From Raillietiella orientalis (taxonomy: Eukaryota), in assembly GCA_036172245.1 (NCBI GenBank), contig JAYWIR010000031.1, positions 1,674,001 through 1,738,000 on the forward strand: DNA of 64,000 nt. Reading direction: 5' to 3'. A program made the position numbers and the translations under genes. The notes under the pieces are model-generated. The model did no database searches and was not told the DNA's origin. It saw only the letters and a list, made by a program, of their open reading frames with translations. This document shows, in pieces, positions 1 to 10,966 of the stretch. Within the stretch, counting starts at the first letter, position 1, and the number at the start of each line of letters is the position of its first letter.

Positions 1-599
1 AAAAAAAAAGGCGGCACAGTAGGGACAGGAGGTCCTTGGTTTCAATCGTTCCTTTCTTCCTAAAAGCGGCTGTGGATGGTGGCGATCTCCTTGATGACTT
101 CTGGCACGCGAGGCCACCTCGTGGCCGTCCTCATCAAGGCGGCTACCATGCTGGTGGGTTCCCTTCGCTGCGAGCGAGGCTCCATTACGGAGCGGACTGC
201 GGCGGTGGCACGGAGGCATCAGACCGTTGCTATCACGGCTCCACCCATTGGTGCGCCCCTGCACGTTTGCTCTCCCGGCTGGTGGTCGGTGGCGAAGGAC
301 TCGCAACCCTGTTTGCGTGTCACCACCGCCGACTCCCATGTTGCGGCTTCTCTCTCCGGTGTGCGGCTGCTCTGTTGAAAGCGAACGCGTGGATTTGCTC
401 CGGCATGGCGGCAGAAGAAAGTGAGGACGTGGGCCCAGCTCGCCCGGGCCCCGTCGGAATTCACCCGCTGCCGAGAGTTTCAGAAGAACAGCGGAAGAAC
501 ACTGGAGGCGGTGGGTAGTGAGCTGACTATGTTGGCCCACCCACCAGCCACCCCTTCGCCACAGAAGTGTCCTCCGCTGCCGAGGTGCATGGCACCTGC

Positions 600-1100
600 C
601 TATCGGCGAAGTGGGAGGTTTCCTGCGAGATCTCGGCCCGCAGAAAGCCCCTCGGTGGCTTTACACCGCGGGAGCTGGCTGACGCGGCAACAGCAAGAAC
701 CGCCTCCAAAGGACTCGAACGTTGGGGCGAACTCTTCTCCATCCGGCCCGAAGAGTTGGAAGTGCTCCCTGTGTTTATAGACAGGAAGCTGCTTCCCTCA
801 AGTGGCAGCAATCGGCGCTGCTGATACTGCACTGGGGTCTCCTGTGCAATGCGCGCCGGCACCATTGGACGAGGGGAAGCGCATCGCCCAACTATGCCAG
901 ATGTGGAAAGGAGATATTCCCCCACCTTATAGTGCAGTGCGTCGCCCTCCAGGAACTGTGAGAACATTTCTCTGCGTCCCTTCCTCAACCCATGCACGAT
1001 CCCAGAAACTCTTTGAGGCCCCTCTTCGTGTGGGACGCCATGACGCCCGCAGCCGCAATCGCAGCGCTGTGCTGCGTGCGCGGTGTCGTCGAGGAGAGGT
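600..1100 (-). mobile_element. Decayed LINE reverse-transcriptase fragment
   Basis: FSQFLEGDALHYKVGEYLLSTSGIVGRCASPRP resembles FL..R...V.VG...S...GVPQG..L.P. Confidence 0.35.
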
Positions 1101-1379
1101 GCGACGCTGAGGGAGGTCAGAGAGACTGAAGGGATGTCCTGCATGCCACCTGCTTCCTGTAGATAGCTTTGAGATGACCCCACCTGTGAAGGGAGAAGGA
1201 GGAGCTCGCCGGCATCCTTCAACGGAAGCAGAGGCCTCACCCACCACAAAATGTCATCCCTCCCCTTCCCCTCAGCTAATTTTTTTTTTTTTTTGTTAGT
1301 TTTTATTGTTTGTTATAGTTTGTTTCCCTTTTTTTCCTAGTTTTGTTTTATCCCTCTTCTCCTTCGTGGGAGTGATGGA

Positions 1380-1830
1380 CCTCGCCTTGCCTGCCTGGGA
1401 GGAATCCCTGGAAGGAAGTCTTCGTCCTGGTTGTCTCCGAAAAGAACCCCGGAAGGGAATCTCTTTCCTTATGGTCTCCAGAAGGGTCCCAGAAGGGATC
1501 CGCTCCATTTTTTCTTCTCCGAAGGGAACTCGCAAGAGAACGTCTCCAGTTTCCTCCTTTGAAGAGAACCCTTAAGGGACTCTAGTGAATTTTCTCAGAA
1601 GGGTGCTCCCCGAAGGGAGCGGCATGCTTCTCTGCACTCTGGAGAGTTGCCACACCTACTCCATGTTATGTGGCGGAGGGTCTCCCCCGAAAGAGAGGGT
1701 CCGATCCTTTGCATAATAGGAGGGGAGTCCCGAAGGGAATCGGACTCCTTGATTCAGCTTTTTAAAAGGACCCCAGAGGGTCGACTCCCAATCCTGGCCA
1801 CTGATCGGTTCGAACCGCTACCAGCGCCGC
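1380..1830 (-). mobile_element. Partial, head-less copy of the same SINE-like family
   Basis: Blocks GCCTGGGAGGAATCCC, CCGAAGGGA repeats and GGTCGACTCCCAATCCTGGCCA match 28270-28590. Confidence 0.55.
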
Positions 1831-1899
1831 ACCCGAAGACGGGACCAACCAGCGTCATCTTGCAGAAGGAATTCTAACCGTAATGCACCCCCATCTCTC

Positions 1900-2250
1900 G
1901 GCGTCCATTCTTGCCGGGTATTTGAATCCGCGACTTTTGGCGCCGCAAGTGGAGACCTCAACCACGTGGCCTACGGCGCGGGCTCGTGAAGGTGTCAGCC
2001 TACCAAAGGCATTCGCGAAGAGCCTCAGCAAGTTCGAAGCGGGGAGGGTCCTGAGGCCGACGGAGCGTCGAAGGGAGTCTCCACCACCAATCCTCCAGGA
2101 CGTTGCAATCCAACAGGAGATGCGGGCATGATTCGATAGCCACGCATCCGGAATAGCTCAAAGAGGCAGCCCTTTCCGAAGAGATATCTGCAGCCGTCCC
2201 CCTGATGCTCAGATTCCTGATTGTGTGCTCTTCGTGCATCATCTTCCGGC
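1900..2250 (-). mobile_element. Decayed L1/Tx1-like C-terminal zinc-finger fragment
   Basis: GCVAIESCPHLLLDCNVLEDWWWRL resembles C..C...ES..HLL..C......W. Confidence 0.4.
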
Positions 2251-3659
2251 GTCAGCGCCAGCTTCCTTCCGCTTCAAGTTCTTCGCTTCCGCGCTGCTTC
2301 GAAGATCATCTCTCTATCGGGCGAAACCTCGAGAATGACTGCGGAGATCCCATTAAGATCAACTTCTCTCAGCTGCTCGGTAACCACGGTTACCTCTGCG
2401 CTCCCTGAATGCTCACAGAGCGTCTGTTCAGACGAGACCGGTCGAACTGGACGACCCTGTGTTTGTACCTTCATCAACCCTCTCGTCGATCGGTGATCTT
2501 GGGAAATAGTGGAAGCATAGAGAGTGGGCGATAGAGGTGCGAAGTCGGTCGGATCCGTGCTGCGTCTCCCTTTCAGCTTTCTGCTCTCGAGAAATGAAGA
2601 GAACCCAAAGTTCTCTCCCAACCGCAGAACCGAAGAGGCGAGCGTTTCTTCTTCTTTCAGCAACGGGGATCGTAGAGGATTCTTCACCACTCCTGCTTGC
2701 ACTCTTGGTTGCCGTGTTGAAGAAACGCGCAAGTTAGGTGCGGGAATGCCGAGCTGGAGTTCTGGAGGATTTCGTTTTCACAGGAGCGGTCTTTGCATCT
2801 CCCGTCCTCGCTCTGCCGGCCAAGTGCGTGCAGGCCGGGGCTGACGCGTCTGCGAAACATCAACTGCCTACTCTCTTTAGAAACCTGGAGCATAGGACGC
2901 GCATGCTTGATGCTCACGAAGAGTTTCCGCGCAGTTTCTCTTCGAGACCTGCAATGCCCTCGACTGTGGAGCTAGAACTCTCTCTGGAGCTGGAATGAGC
3001 CACTCTCAAAACACAGGAGCTCAGTTGACCGTTTCTTTTCTGTGTGCGTCTCCTACCAGTTCTTGGAGTCGAGCTTAGGAGATAATCTGAAGCAAGGATG
3101 CTGGACTAGTGGCATCTCCTTGTCCAGCCATTCATCTGTGCCACCCAAAGCAGACGACCGGACCATACCAAAGACTCCCCGGGTTGGAGCTCCTCCACGT
3201 GAGACCTCTGGAACTTCATTAGAGTGGTCTCCATAGGCACTAAGATTTGTGCCGACAGAGGCGGCTTCAGGAGAAAGCTGAAGTCCTCTGACGCGAGCGC
3301 TCAGTTGTTTCAGTAGTTTCGGCGGCTAAGTCGTTATAACTCCCACTCCTAAGAGGATTCGGACTCATCAGAGCAACCAACTCTTCCCATGAGATCTGAT
3401 CCGATGATCTGATCCCCAGCATGTCATCGGTAGCGCTGCAACCCAAGGTTTGGTCCATCTCAAAGGGTCAGCTCCACTCAGCCGAATGGGACCGCTGGTG
3501 GACTCATGCGTCAGGCAGCCCGAGCCCTAGCTTTCAAGAAGGCTGTACTTCTCACCCATTCAAAGTTTGAGAATAGGGCGAGGTCTCTTCGGTTCAGAGT
3601 TCCCTTTTCCTTTGCTCTACTGGATGAGACTTTGTTTTTTGTTGAGCCCCAGCCGTCCT

Positions 3660-3780
3660 GAGATGATGATGGTAGCCATAGTGGTCGGTGATGGTTGACG
3701 GTGGTGATGTAATAGTAATCACTGAAGATAATGATGGTGACTGACGATTGATTGATTATTGTTGATGCTGATGACGGTGG
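3660..3780. repeat. Degenerate (GAT/GGT) trinucleotide microsatellite
   Basis: GATGATGAT, GGTGATGGT and GATTGATTGATT runs. Confidence 0.6.
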
Positions 3781-6099
3781 GAAGGAAGGAGGCAGGAGGG
3801 AATTTCAGAGGAAGCTTCGGAGCCTCACCTTCGGCACTCCAGGTCTTTCCCCTTCCTCCCTCTTCTCTGTCCCTTCCTCATCGTTCTAATTACCCGTCTG
3901 CCGTCCACCACCAGTAGAACTCATCCAGAGTTGCCACGGACTCAGAGTCCAACGAGCGAGAACTCCTCCGGGAACTTTCTAGCCCGCCACGAGTCTCTCA
4001 CACCTGCATCCAGCTATTACAAGCAGTTTGCACTTCAGGATCTCTACGGACTTTTACCAGAGTTTCCTCTGGATCCATTCCCGACCAGGCACAGAAAACC
4101 ACCACTCGAGAATACAATAAGTAGTATGAAGCAAGGAGCAGCAACACGCATAAACAGGATTAACATCCACGCAGGAGCAACCGTGACCGACTTGGCAAAT
4201 AATGCAATGCTTCCATCGTTGTGTTCTTAGCCTTTTCTCAGGATAATGAATCACTCAAGATTAAAGCTGTGGGGAATCATCCGTCTGTGGAAGAATTCGG
4301 CAGCTCTGGGCACGAAACCAGTTCCTTTCTGAGAATAGCAGTCTGGAAGAGATCCCAGATAAGACGACGCCTCAGATAAGACACGAACTCGAGGAAGGTT
4401 GGCAGAATAAGAGGTTAGCTCCTGATCCAACTCTCCGACGATGCAGGGACAACGGAACCACGGGATGATTGTGGTGGCACTCCCTTCTGCTACTGGTGTC
4501 CACGGCGATGAATGACCACGCGAAATCTCGGGGTGTCATGGCCCTTCGTGTCTTGCCGGGACTTTGGGTTCGATCTAGACTACCCTTTCCAGACGGGAAC
4601 ACACCCACATTTGGCAGCACACTTGAGATCTCGGGGTTATGCTGAGCACGCGCGAAGGGAAGAGGGCCGAAGTGCCAAATATGATGCTTGCTGTCGCCGC
4701 CGCCTCTCAGATGCCAATTTGGAGCTGGCTGCTGTTACACTCCTTCAGTGCCTCTTTTCGCCGAGAAGGCTTCAGAAAACCGGCAACACCTCTTATCGAG
4801 GGGGACGCTGTTCTCGACTGATCCTGGACAAGCGAAGTCATCCCTCGTCTGGTGCTGCGGGTGCGTGGGCTGGCAGTACCTCCTACCGCACGTCCTCGAA
4901 GCGACAGTTACTGCACCGAAGAAGCTGCTCAAGCGATGGTTCCCGATGAAGCAAGCGGTCTTGAACGTGATCGAGGATGGAGCAAACCAACTGGAAATGT
5001 TAAGGGCTAAGCCTAAATTTTCTAGCAGAAATACAAATTTCATGGAAAAATGTCTGCGACTATGCCGCCGGCGTCGCTTTCCATATCTCACGGAGAACTT
5101 TTTACCTCATCAACATATGGCAGATGAAGATACCGGATCGTATCAGAGGAGAATGTACATCCCAGAAATACAACGCTCCTCGACCACTTAATCGAGGTAA
5201 ATGTACTTTTTGTGAGTGCCTCCCCACCTAATTGATGTTAGAAACTGGAAACCAAATTACCAATACTATGTGTTTCTTTTTTTTTGGGGGGGGGGAGGAG
5301 ATTCAAATTCCCCTTATCATATCAAAGAGTGTTCTCATATTCGTTAGGATTCTAAACATTTATGGCATTCACATGTCCTGGGCCCTCTATCAAATATGAA
5401 CTCCCCGCCAGGTTTCATACGAGCAAAAAAATAATTGCTTCAGTAAAAGCTTTCATCAGTGAGCTTCCTTTTTATGATGTCAAATTGAATATTCGAATAG
5501 TTGAAAATGTGCAAATTAAGTGCCGTGAAACGATTAGCAGATTTTCTCTCAACAGTTTGCAGCTTCCTGGGAAAAGTCTCATGGGGCTCACCATCGCAAG
5601 GGTCAGGGATAAAAAATACCGCCCAATGAGGTTCCTCGGGAGATTTGAAAAGCGGAAATACCACACGAGATGCCAGCACTGGACTTCTCTGTGCACGCTC
5701 GGTTCCCAGACTGACGGGCCGGGCACAGCGCGCTCCGCAGCTGGTCGCAAAACACGGAAGCGGGGTCTCCAGCGGGTTTCGGTCAGCTTCTCGTGTTGCG
5801 TCCTCTCTCCCTCCCCCTCCCAACCACCATCCCCCTCCACTGCCGGAAGAAGGTGCGCGGCACGGCGGGACCTGCCAGGACAGTCGCTGCGCGTCCTCCA
5901 CTCCACATCGACTCTCCGAAAGATCCGAGCGGGGCGACGGGAGGAGGAGGAAAACAAAAGCGGGAGAACGAAGTCAGGCGCGCGCGCGAACACTCAGCAA
6001 GGCTTACAAGAAGACAACAGATCTATTACGGGTTCCCCCGCTTTCATTTAGGATGCCGCGGAAATGGGAATCGGAAACTCCGGGGGAATCCGTCCAGTA

Positions 6100-7450
6100 G
6101 CAGGAAGCATGCGCGGTCACGCGCGCGCGCCCTCCCAGCATGGCGATCCCTCTCGCTCGCGGATGAATCCGTCGGGATGGCTCCTTCGCTTCCCTTCACT
6201 TTCTCCGGGAGCTTTGGACATCGTGGAAGCTTCCGGAAGAGGGAGGGGAGGAGAGGGGAAGGGGGCGGCAGACTCTCAAGAGCATCGAGAGAAGTAGCGG
6301 TGGAAGCCGACGCTGGGCGCCGCTGCGAATAGGGGTTGAAAGCAGCGGCCCGCACCAGAGTCCGACGGAGGTCACCCGCTGGTGCTTGTCCACGAAGAGC
6401 GCGAGCACCGTCGATCGGAGGGGGAGAGAGAAGTCCGGGACTTGCTGGTGACGGCATCTGTTGCCAAGGAGAGGGGTCGGTCCTCTCGGCAAACAGCATC
6501 GTCTCTCCGCCGCTTGCCATCAAAGACGACCACCCGCTCCCTCAAGAGGAACCTTCGTTGCTCCCCTTCCACCCTCGCAGGCGGAGACGCCCAACAGCGG
6601 AAGCGGGGAAGGGGGATGAACGGACACATGGAAGTTCCGCTCACTATGGAAATGCCTCATGGAGACGCGTGTTCCCTGGGACTTTGGGCACCCCGCAACT
6701 TTTCCCTTCCTCCCTTTTCTCCGTCCCTTCCCCGTCGTTCTGATTGCCCACTCATCGCCCACCGACAGGAGATCATCAGACTCATCGATCGACTTCATCC
6801 ACGGCTTCCATGAGCTTTCGAGTCCAGGAAGCAAGGACTCCTCCTCCGGGACCGCTTTCGAGCCCTCTCTGCCCCTTCTGCCCTCACCTTTTCGTTCCAG
6901 AGAAGAGACACGCCCTTTCCCTACGGATAATCCTCAATCCGTAGCCGGTGGAAGTCCTGCGAGGTGTATCCACCTCAACGTGCCGGCGAGGTCCCTAACT
7001 TCTACTTGGGGCATCGAGTCAGGGGACTTCCGGCGGCTGGCGCGGTGAAGGAGGGAATCGCATGAGGGGAGGCGGCTCCACGGCAGACCGAGGCAGGCTG
7101 ACTCGGCGCCGGGACGCTGCAGGTGCGAGAGAAGGGCAGTCGTCGCGCTTTCGCGGATGCACGCTGTCCATCTGCCTCGGTCCTCCGGTCGGGATTTCTG
7201 CAGCTCTTCCTGCCAGATGACCTCACCCTCCTGGTGAGGTCACTTGCATGCCAGGAAGTCTTGGGCCGCTTTTGCCAACAGCTCGTGGTGAAGAACATTC
7301 AGCTCCTCTTCGAAGAGGGCTTCACAAGAGGGCGGTACGGACTTGTGGACTTTGAACGCCGACAAGAGCGGTAGAGGAGGACGGACGACGGCCCGCGGCA
7401 GCTCCTTCCGTGCCTGCTCTAATCTTCTCGGATTGGAAGGAAGGTCCACG
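6100..7450 (-). mobile_element. Decayed LINE ORF2 fragment (linker plus RT)
   Basis: In order on the minus strand: IWQEELQKSR..RW, EQRRF, VVVFDGKRRRDDAV, LSTPIRSGAQRRLPPLLLSMLL. These resemble the WW..EL, EQ.GF, D..KAFD.V and GV.QG..LSPLLF motifs. Confidence 0.4.
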
Positions 7451-8246
7451 GCGGCCTTGGATTCAACAGCCTCGGCAGGTGGCGCCTCTGGGCCTCAGGG
7501 ATCACGGCTGCCGCAGTCCGGAGCGGGAGAGGAGGACTTTCCGCGCGCGAAAGAGCAGCGACCTCGGAAAGGCTCTTCGGTGTCCCCGAGTGCGCTGCCA
7601 TTGTGCACCGAAGGGAACCAGGGCACGATGGCAGTCCCAGGGGTCTGTCCCGCAGTCGGAGGAGGCCTCTCACCGTGACCCCGGAGGTCCGAGAGTGGTG
7701 TGGCCTCCGCACGGGACGGGTTGCGTCCGACGAGAGAAGCGACGGCGCAGGCGCCTTCGCCTGGAGCTTGCGCGCGTGGATGATGCGGGGGAGACAGGCG
7801 CGCCGTCCGGAGACGCATCTCCCCGAGCGCTTCCCGCGATTCCGGCGGTGGAAGGATGACGAGACCCCTTGGCGCTGACCATCTCCACGCGGACCGTGGA
7901 CTCGGATCGTCCGCGCACGAGGCGACCTCAACCCTCCTTCCCTTCGGAAGAAAAAGTCTCCAAGCGAATCCGTCCGGGGCGGCTCCCGCGCTGCCCTTCC
8001 TGAAAAGCCCCGAACGCGTTTCTCCTCCTCTCGGCGGGACTCCTCATGTGACCCTTCTGCCATCCTATGGCCCCGCCCCTTCCACTCGCGGAAACAATCG
8101 ACCGGAAGCCATGGAAACGGCTCATGGAGACGTGATCCTCCCGGTCCACGCCCTTTCATCTCTGCGCCCTACTACTCTCTCTCCTCTCTTCTTTTCCCTA
8201 TCCCTTCTCCACTGTCCTGGTCATCCGTCCTCCCGGAGGAAGACGC

Positions 8247-8345
8247 ATGCTGGCCGAGGAACTCATCGACTTCATCGCCTCCTTCTCCCTCGCCTCTTGC
8301 GGCATCCTGCTGTACAAGAACCTGGAGACCCTCCTCGGGGAGCAG
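8247..8345 (+). CDS. Putative orphan gene, exon 1 (MLAEELIDFIASFSLASCGILLYKNLETLLGEQ; hydrophobic/signal-anchor-like)
   Basis: ATG start, strong GC3 codon bias, and a phase-0 CAG|GTAGGG donor at the end. Confidence 0.6.
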
Positions 8346-8536
8346 GTAGGGACTCGCGCGGTGCCCACTCCACCTTGCTGTTCCCGCTCGAAATGTTCCA
8401 GGGCAGGAAGAGAAAGACCGGCCGGGCACGGTTCTTCTGGAGGCAGGAGAAGAACGTCCCCCCCTGCGGGATCACCGCTCCGCGGGCAGGGGGTCTCCCG
8501 GGAGAGCGTCGTGCCCCTCCGTCCCCCCCAACTCAG

Positions 8537-9161
8537 GGGGTGACGGCTGGCAGGGAGGGAGAACCGATCCTGCCCCCTTCCTCGACGCCCCCAGCGCCGA
8601 GTTATGACGCTTCCTACTCCCTTGCCACCGCCCTCCTTCCTGACACCTCCCCCGAGAAGGTAGAAGCCCTTCCCCTGTTCCTGGACGAGGGAGGTCCCGG
8701 GGTGGGAAGCAGCATCCGGAGCAGTCTAGGGATCTCCAACAGCTCCCTGAGAGCCCCGCTGTCTTCGCTCGCCGGGGAGGGCAGCGTGGACTTCCTGCTC
8801 GCAGCACCGTTCCCGGACGCGCTCCCGTCCGGGACCCTCACGGCCCAAGAGGGTCAGTGCCACGGCTGCCAGCTGCAGCGCATGCTCGGAGATCTACGAC
8901 TGCTCCGCCTGGAGATCGACCAGGTCGCCAGCTCCTTCGCGCGGATCTCCAACTCGGGGAAGATCGTGGACGACCGCAACGCCGAGGAGGGCCCGAAGCC
9001 GGGGGACGGGACGCCGTTCCCTCAAGGCACCGTGGGATGGCGCCACCACCCGTTCCACAGTTGTCCCTGGAACTGCCGGTGCCACCTGCGGCAGGGTCCC
9101 GGGAACCGACCGTGGTGGAACCCCCGTGTCCACCACTCCCTTCCCGACGCCGGCTGCCCGG
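8537..9161 (+). CDS. Putative orphan gene, exon 2 (low-complexity linker, coiled-coil-like LQRMLGDLRLLRLEIDQVASSF, His/Cys/Trp-rich segment)
   Basis: C-rich tract and CTCAG acceptor at 8536 are phase-compatible with exon 1 and fall in the open frame of ORF 7856-9385. Codons are GC3-rich. A G|GTGAGT donor lies at 9162. Confidence 0.55.
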
Positions 9162-9218
9162 GTGAGTCACGCTGCCGCGCCGCCAGTGGCGTCGACTGTG
9201 TGCGCGCATGCTTTGCAG

Positions 9219-9385
9219 TTCGGCCGCAGGATGGCTCTGCGCTGCCGCCAGCTCACAAGAGCTGCCCGCTCCACGCGAGCAACGCGGTTTCGCTGCCTGA
9301 CGCCGCCGGGGGCAGGGTGCCGCCGCAGATTCCCTCCGTCCTGTGGTCCCGGTCCAGTCCATTCCCAGGAGATAGCTCCCACTAA
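9219..9385 (+). CDS. Putative orphan gene, exon 3 (or read-through of exon 2 if the 57-nt in-frame intron is retained)
   Basis: CTTTGCAG acceptor at 9218 is phase-1 compatible. The same frame continues to TAA at 9383-9385, giving about 296 aa spliced. Confidence 0.4.
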
Positions 9386-9449
9386 AAACCTCCGGAATTT
9401 TTCTCGTCTCTCTCGGAGGATAGCCCTCCGGGGAACGCGAAGAGTGGAT

Positions 9450-9595
9450 GAGGGGAAAGGGGGGAAAGGGGGGAAAGGGGGGAAAGGAAAGGTGTGAAGG
9501 GGAAGGGAAGTGGAGACTGATGGAAAAACAGGGTTGTGTGGAAGGAAAGGGGAGGAGAGGGGGAGGAAGGGGGAGGAAGGGGGAGTGGAAGGAAA
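9450..9595 (+). repeat. Polypurine (GGGGGGAAA-like) tract with G-quadruplex/triplex potential
   Basis: Consecutive G4-G6 runs separated by AAA, followed by further GGA/GGGA runs, located between the orphan ORF and the K2P start. Confidence 0.7.
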
Positions 9596-10398
9596 CCAAG
9601 TCACCCAGCTGAGGAGGGTGGATCTCACTGTTCCCACTCGTTTCCACGGGTACGGGATGGGAGTTCGGCCATGCAAGTGTTGAACGGGACCCCCGACTGC
9701 CAGCCATCACATGCCCATCCCACTCCCCCTGGCCTTCCACGCAATCCGCAGGGAACGGGAGGAGAATGCTTTCTCCCCCGCAACCAGCACGCACCCCCAA
9801 GACGGCCGCCAGGCTCCTGGCTCCCTGGAGTCTCCTGGAGGGAAGGAAACGGGTAGGGTGGGGGAGAAATTCTCTTCTTCCCTTCCTCCCCGGGGAACCC
9901 GGGCTGCTCCGCGGCAGAGGAAGCGAAGCTCCTCGACCAGGAGGGCTAATGGGGTCCGAATGCGGCGCGCCTGCGCTGCCATCCTGCCGCACTCGCGGCA
10001 GCGATGGCCGGCCGGGCGGCCGGCAGTCGGCGTATCGCCGTGAGTGTGGGAGGTGCCGCGACTTGTGCTAGTAGGGAGTGGTCGGGCGTTCTGGCTGGAC
10101 GGCGACCCACTTGCTGCTCTACCCCCTTCTCCCCCCCTATTCGCTCCGGCAGGGAGCAGCTGACGCAGACCGACCCCCCGACCCCACCCCACCCCTTCCT
10201 GCGGCTGCATCCCTGGTCCGTCCTTCCGACAGCTCTCCCGCCTTTCCCACCCGCCCTTCTCTCTCCCTCCCCCCGCGTTTTCACGGACAGAAGGAAGAGG
10301 AACGGAGCGAGAAGCGCGCGCTCGGAGCGCTCCCGGAGGACGCCGCCGGCGGCCGCCGCCTCGGCGCGTGGTGGTGGCGGGCGGCGACGCTCGTCGCC

Positions 10399-10966
10399 AT
10401 GTTGGCGGACCGGCGGCGAGTCCCTCAGTCGCGCCACCCTTCCCACTCGGGGGTGGATGCCTTCTGCGAATCGGACGCCCACCGGACTCCGCCGTCGACG
10501 CCCCCGCCTCCCGAGTTCCTGCTGCGGCCTCCGCCGGAGCTGGCATCGGTGGATGCCGTCCCAGCCCGCGGGGATCGCCGCAGCTGCCGCCGCCGCGGTC
10601 CGGGTCCTTGCGGCAGGGTCCTGTTGGCGGTGTGCAGCCCAGCGGGCGTGTGCCTGGTGCTCCTGGGATACATCTTTCTGGGGGCGTATCTGTACATGAT
10701 CTCGGAGGGGGAGCACGAGAGCCGAAGGCGACGGGAGATGAGTGCGGCCAGGAGAGAGACCGTGGAGCGCCTCTGGGAGATCACGGTGTCCCTGAACGTC
10801 CTCTACAAGGACAACTGGACGCGCCTCGTCTCCTGGGAGATGGAAGAGTTTCAGAGGAGCGTCGCTGAGGCTCTCGGCGGCGCCGACAGCCGCGACCCCG
10901 ACGGCGCCTCTCGGTGGGACTTCTCCGGATGCTTCTTGTACGCCGTGACGGTCATCAGCACGATAG
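10399..10966 (+). CDS. Two-pore-domain K+ channel (K2P, TWK/KCNK18-like), coding exon 1: N-terminus, M1, cap, pore helix 1
   Basis: First in-frame ATG is in a GCCATG context (10399). Translation gives M1 (GVCLVLLGYIFLGAYLYMISE), cap (RETVERLWEITVSLNVLYKDNWTRLVSWEMEEFQ) and pore helix WDFSGCFLYAVTVISTIG, ending at a G|GTAAGG donor (phase 1). The start codon is less certain than the donor. Confidence 0.92.

Noticed and set aside
5362..6051. 229-aa ATG ORF
   Set aside because: No recognisable motif, it crosses a compositional boundary, and there is no splice or codon support.
7856..8536. 5' part of the 509-aa ORF as a single-exon gene
   Set aside because: This part lacks codon bias. The coding signal at 8247-8345 is in another frame and is better explained by splicing.
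8838..9992. 384-aa minus-strand ORF
   Set aside because: Low-complexity Pro/Arg/Gly translation running through a simple-repeat tract; expected in GC-rich DNA.
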